DNA of 64,000 nt from the human T2T-CHM13v2.0 reference genome, Homo sapiens. The notes under the pieces are model-generated. The model searched no databases. It was given only the letters and a program-made list of their open reading frames with translations, and had not been told where the DNA came from. Below are positions 56,213 through 64,000 of this stretch, one piece after another; the stretch's first letter is position 1, and each line of letters opens with the position of its first letter. The translations under genes were made by a program, and so were the position numbers. The stretch lies in the NCBI RefSeq assembly GCF_009914755.1, contig NC_060932.1; one strand, 5' to 3'.

Positions 56213-57236
56213 TAAAAATTAATTATGCATGAGAGTTTCAAATTACATAACCACCAAATAGATGATAGAAAGCTTGTTAACAAGAAACAAAATTGATTGA
56301 CTTGAAATCGAAATCTTTTTATTTTTCCTCACTTTTAGAAAGGAGAGTTATGAGCCATGAAGTGACTAAAGATGAAATCAAAGTAGAGAAGAAAAAAAGG
56401 CATAAATAATTCACACACAGTGTGGTCAACACTTGAATGATTAAAAAACATTTTAAGTATATCCCTCTAATTTGTTGCTCTTTTATTATTTGTCTTTTAA
56501 GCATTTCCTAGGTGTAAGGCCCTTTGCTGGGCTTGATGGAAAGGAAGGGACATTCCTGCTCTTAGAGAGCGGTAGCCATCCATAATAACCAACTTGGATA
56601 TGACGTCAAAAGTGATGGGGGCACCACCATTGAGGGCAGGGGAGGACGTGATGCGACTCACAGAGCACCCAGCACCGGACTGGGTCAGAAGGACATTGTC
56701 ATTCTTCACTAGAAGAAAGGTTAACCCAAGAGGTTGATCTTTAAAGTCTTTGAATAAGTGAAATACTTTTGGAATTAGGACACAAAATAAAACTTGTCAC
56801 TGAATCAGAGGTAGAGTGTCTGAAAGGGTGGATTGACTCAGGAAAGTCTAAAGTCAGATCGCATCTGTTAGGAAGAGCCCAGAAGAATATCTTTAACTTA
56901 GTTTGTAAAAGATTGACTCATCTAAGCAGAATGAATCTATTTCCTTGCAGTATTCAAATAGGTGCAAAGAGAAAGGGAAGGCAGTTGGTTCTATAAGTAA
57001 AATATAAGTTTGACTAAAGATAAAATCTTAACAAAAACCTTTTTAGAACCTTAAGAAACCTTATATAATGTAAAAAAAAAAAAAAAAAAAAAGATAATGA
57101 GAGCCCCAAAGCAGATAAATGGATTACATACATTGTCAGTGTACGTTAATGTGTTTAATTGTTTGGGACAGCATTTCTCCAACTTTCATTGTCTGAAAAT
57201 CCTCCTCTGGTAATAAGTTCTTTTTTTCTCATTTAG

Positions 57237-57280
57237 GAAAATTGTAGCTGAATATGAAAAGACTATTGCTCAAATGATTG
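57237..57280 (+). CDS. TACC1: TACC1 coding exon 9 (44 nt; KIVAEYEKTIAQMI)
   Basis: tttttttctcatttag acceptor, TTG|gtaagg donor; phase 2 in, 1 out. Confidence 0.95.
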
Positions 57281-57325
57281 GTAAGGAGAACATTTTGTTT
57301 TTTGAGGGTATGAGCCATAGGATCT

Positions 57326-57638
57326 GTCTTAGTCTGTTCAGCCTGGTATAACAAAATATGTAAGCTAGGTAGCTTATAAACAACAAACATTTTTCATAGC
57401 TCTGGAGACAGGAGAGTTCAAGGTGCCCACAGATGAGATGTCTGGGGAGGGCCCATTCCTCATAGAAGGGGCTGGCTAGCTCTCTGGGGTCTCTTTTATA
57501 AGGACACTAATCCTGACATAATCACCTCCCAAATTCCCTTCCATGCCCACTTTCACCCTGAACATACTCACACACTGGGGATTAGGTTTCAATACACAAA
57601 TTTGGGGTTGGGGGGTGGCATAAACTATAAGACCATAG
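57326..57638 (-). mobile_element. MLT1A-like solo LTR
   Basis: tgtcttagtctgttcag...agaccatagc. Confidence 0.7.
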
Positions 57639-57699
57639 CCGGATCCATTTATGATTTTCAGACCATGTCACAAACTTGTATTTGTCTGTCACTTAGATA

Positions 57700-58643
<944 letters not shown>

Positions 58644-58929
58644 TAGTTAGGTTCATTTTAGAAGATGGCAGGCCTTGAATTCTGTGACTGTTGGTGGCCT
58701 GGTCACATCACTAACACCCACTGGGAGCATCCTGTGTTTTGGTGCAGGGTTCTTACTCTAGTGCAGATTGTAATTTCTCTGCATCAGACCCAGTGGTGCC
58801 TTTACAAAACAACAGGGATTGATCCTCCTGCATGGAATTTAGAGTCTCTTCTCATCTATATCATAAGGATTGACTCCCTAAACCAGAGTCTGTCCTTTCT
58901 CCACTAAATTGCCGAAATGATACTTTCTA

Positions 58930-59270
58930 TCATCCACATCACCTAATGCCTTCCCAGCTCAGGGCCTTACCACAGCTGTTCTTCTCTATGGAATATTCTC
59001 CCAGGTAGCTGTATGGCTCACATCCTCATTTCTGTCCGGTCTATGCTCAGATCTCTCCCTGAGAGCAGGTACTCTCTGTACAGTAACAGCCCCCTCCCCG
59101 CCCCCATTCCTCCTTACCCTGCCTTGTTCTTTCCCCATCACTTGTTACCACGCGTCTCCCCCAACTAGAGTATAAGCCATAAGAGCGGGAATTTGGTCAC
59201 ATCCCCGGCTGTGTCCCTACCACGAGAACACTGCTTGTCTTCTAAGGAGTGTCTATTTTTTGAATAAATA
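58930..59270 (+). mobile_element. L2 3' fragment
   Basis: cagggcctt...actagagtataagccat...ttgaataaat. Confidence 0.65.
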
Positions 59271-59299
59271 TGTCATTCCTTTTGACTTGTGATTCCCAG

Positions 59300-59460
59300 A
59301 AGATGAACAAAGGACAAGTATGACCTCTCAGAAGAGCTTCCAGCAACTGACCATGGAGAAGGAACAGGCCCTGGCTGACCTTAACTCTGTGGAAAGGTCC
59401 CTTTCTGATCTCTTCAGGAGATATGAGAACCTGAAAGGTGTTCTGGAAGGGTTCAAGAAG
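59300..59460 (+). CDS. TACC1: TACC1 coding exon 10 (161 nt; EDEQRTS...EGFKK)
   Basis: attcccag acceptor, AAG|gtagag donor; phase 1 in, 0 out. Confidence 0.96.
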
Positions 59461-60301
59461 GTAGAGTGTTTTTTCCCTCTGTCTCCTGGTGTATTTCCAG
59501 TAGTGTATTTCCTTGGTAACTGGTCATCAAATACATATGCCAGAGGTTGTGGGTATCCTTTTAAATAGGAGCTCAGGGCCTACTGGCCTTGTATCCTCTA
59601 TTCCAGTGAAGCTGGATTTTTTTCCACATTTTTCCTTCTTTGGTTGTTCAGGCATCTGGCCCACTGGGTGCCATGTCTTGGCCATTCCTCTCCTGTGTCA
59701 AGCCAATAAGCCCCAGGCTGTGGCGTAGACTGCAAGAACTGTTAATTGAACCCTCAGACCTCAGGTGAATTCTAGAAATGTTCTTTCTGGTAATTCACCT
59801 TTTCAGTTTTAGTAAAAGGGATTAGAAGGAATTCCATGTCTCTGAAAAATTCAAGCTGCATATTCTAGAAGACATTAGTATAATGTTTCAAATTTAGATG
59901 TAAATGGGCCTGTTGATTTAATTTAACTTTACCATATCAACCAGACACAATTATAGCAATGAAATGGCTTTATTTTCATATTAAAATAAAAATGAAACTG
60001 GCCAGTTTATCAAATATGGAAATCGAATTGCCATTCAGTTTTGAATAACTGCCTTCCTAAAGTAGGCATATTGGTATAACTGACCCTTACTGTATGATAT
60101 TGAAAATTAACACATGAAGACATTATGTAGAATTTCCTCAGTGAGAATTACATGTGGCTATTTCAAATTACTGCAGAGTATGAATAAAAGCCATCTGAAT
60201 TAATTAGATTTTTCCATTCTTTAAAAAATGAAAACTCTGATATGTGGTAGATTAGAAGAAACAAAATGACCTGTTTATTTTCAATTTTTGCTTTGGAACA
60301 G

Positions 60302-60408
60302 AATGAAGAAGCCTTGAAGAAATGTGCTCAGGATTACTTAGCCAGAGTTAAACAAGAGGAGCAGCGATACCAGGCCCTGAAAATCCACGCAGAAGAGAAA
60401 CTGGACAA
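60302..60408 (+). CDS. TACC1: TACC1 coding exon 11 (107 nt; NEEALKKC...EEKLD)
   Basis: ggaacag acceptor, CAA|gtaaga donor; phase 0 in, 2 out. Confidence 0.95.
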
Positions 60409-60559
60409 GTAAGAGCTTGTAAATGTTGAATTTCACTCTTCATGATGTTGTGGGAAGATTGAGAGAGGAAAACAAAATCACTGTTTCGCAACTCCAGGTT
60501 GTATTTTTATGTGTGTGTTTATTTCACTTTTTAAACCCTTTTCCCATTGTTAAAACATT

Positions 60560-63010
<2,451 letters not shown>

Positions 63011-63023
63011 AGAATGCCTTTCA

Positions 63024-63296
63024 GGCCGGGCGCGGTGGCTCACGCTTGTAATCCCAGCACTTTGGGAGGCCGAGGCGGGTGGATCACGAGGTCAGGAGAT
63101 CGAGACCACGGTGAAACCCCGTCTCTACTAAAAATAAAAAAAAAAATTAGCCGGGCGTGGTGGCGGGCGCCTGTAGTCCCAGCTACTCGGAGAGGCTGAG
63201 GCAGGAGAATGGCGTGAACCCGGGAGGCGGAGCTTGCAGTGAGCCGAGACTGCGCCACTGTACTCCAGCCTGGGTGACAGAGCGAGACTCCGTCTC

Positions 63297-63325
<29 letters not shown>
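63024..63325 (+). mobile_element. Young AluY of the Yd lineage
   Basis: 12-bp left-monomer deletion (gagacca^cggtgaaac), gcttgtaa, tcggagagg; 14-bp TSD aagaatgcctttca. Confidence 0.88.
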
Positions 63326-63327
<2 letters not shown>

Positions 63328-63364
63328 ATGCCTTTCACATCTCATTAATAAACTCATTCCCTGT

Positions 63365-63648
63365 AGGCCCGTGTCTCACAGATGTCAGTGGTTAGTATCC
63401 CAACTCTAGCTGTGATCGTCTCCAAAATTATGCAGTCTGCTTTTGTACTGGTCTAAAAAAAAAAAAAAATCTAAGACTGTTATAGAAACCATTTGCTAGT
63501 GAGATACAAATTTTGAAGTTGTCTGTAAATTGAATTTTTATAAATTAAAATGGAATTATTTAGGTCACCGATTTTTGTTTTTTTTCTCTCATGCAGTCAA
63601 TTCTTTGAGGCCTGTGCCTCACAGATGTCAGTGGTTAGTATCCTGACT
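63365..63648 (+). repeat. Dispersed direct repeat, 26-bp exact core, 243 bp apart
   Basis: ctcacagatgtcagtggttagtatcc at 63375-63400 and 63618-63643. Confidence 0.9.
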
Positions 63649-63712
63649 GGCTTTGACTAGTGGCTAATCATGTGCTTTTTGTCTCTTTATTACACCCAAA
63701 CACCATAAACAG

Positions 63713-63833
63713 AGCCAATGAAGAGATTGCTCAGGTTCGAACAAAAGCAAAGGCTGAGAGTGCAGCTCTCCATGCTGGACTCCGCAAAGAGCAGATGAAG
63801 GTGGAGTCCCTGGAAAGGGCCCTGCAGCAGAAG
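63713..63833 (+). CDS. TACC1: TACC1 coding exon 12 (121 nt; ANEEIAQ...ALQQK); final exon outside window
   Basis: taaacag acceptor, AAG|gtacag donor; cumulative CDS 2349 nt, no stop yet. Confidence 0.96.
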
Positions 63834-64000
63834 GTACAGAAAGGGACCTGATCTGGGTGGCCACAGAGACGTTTGGTTTTCCTCCTCAGCAGTGACTCAC
63901 TTAATGACAGATCTGGGTGAAAGAGGCCTTGGCTTTCTACTCAGACATTTCAGTCCAGCTCCTTTCTGAACTGATCCAGGTGGAAACAAACAAGTCAAAC

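Noticed and set aside
57072-57092. Isolated A21 tract before exon 9 as a retrocopy tail
   Set aside because: No recognisable body or TSD; treat as a mononucleotide microsatellite and a likely oligo-dT mis-priming site.

Overview
Primate, almost certainly human, genomic DNA carrying most of the TACC1 gene (transforming acidic coiled-coil protein 1) on the + strand. It contains a CpG-island promoter (~3960-5300) and coding exons 1-12. These splice in frame to 2349 nt (783 codons, MAFSPWQ...ERALQQK), and the last coding exon lies beyond the window. The rest is intron, dense in Alus, old L1/L2/MIR, MaLR/ERV solo LTRs (including a sense-oriented MER11) and DNA-transposon fossils. I found no prokaryote-type system, RNA gene or CRISPR array. 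The most interesting signal is splice architecture that the ORF track misses. (1) An internal 5' splice site in exon 5 can remove exactly 29 aa containing an FFAT-type (VAP/ER-binding) motif. (2) A 36-nt in-frame cassette encodes a hydrophobic Cys peptide and has neural-microexon motifs. (3) Intron 1 is GC-AG. (4) A NAGNAG acceptor sits inside the coiled coil. (5) A pseudo-exon next to exon 3 has its donor hairpinned by a U1-mimic sequence. (6) Inverted repeats flank the 1.1-kb exon 3. (7) A 26-bp duplicated element precedes exon 12. Repeat family names and boundaries are by eye and approximate. Exon boundaries were checked by frame arithmetic.
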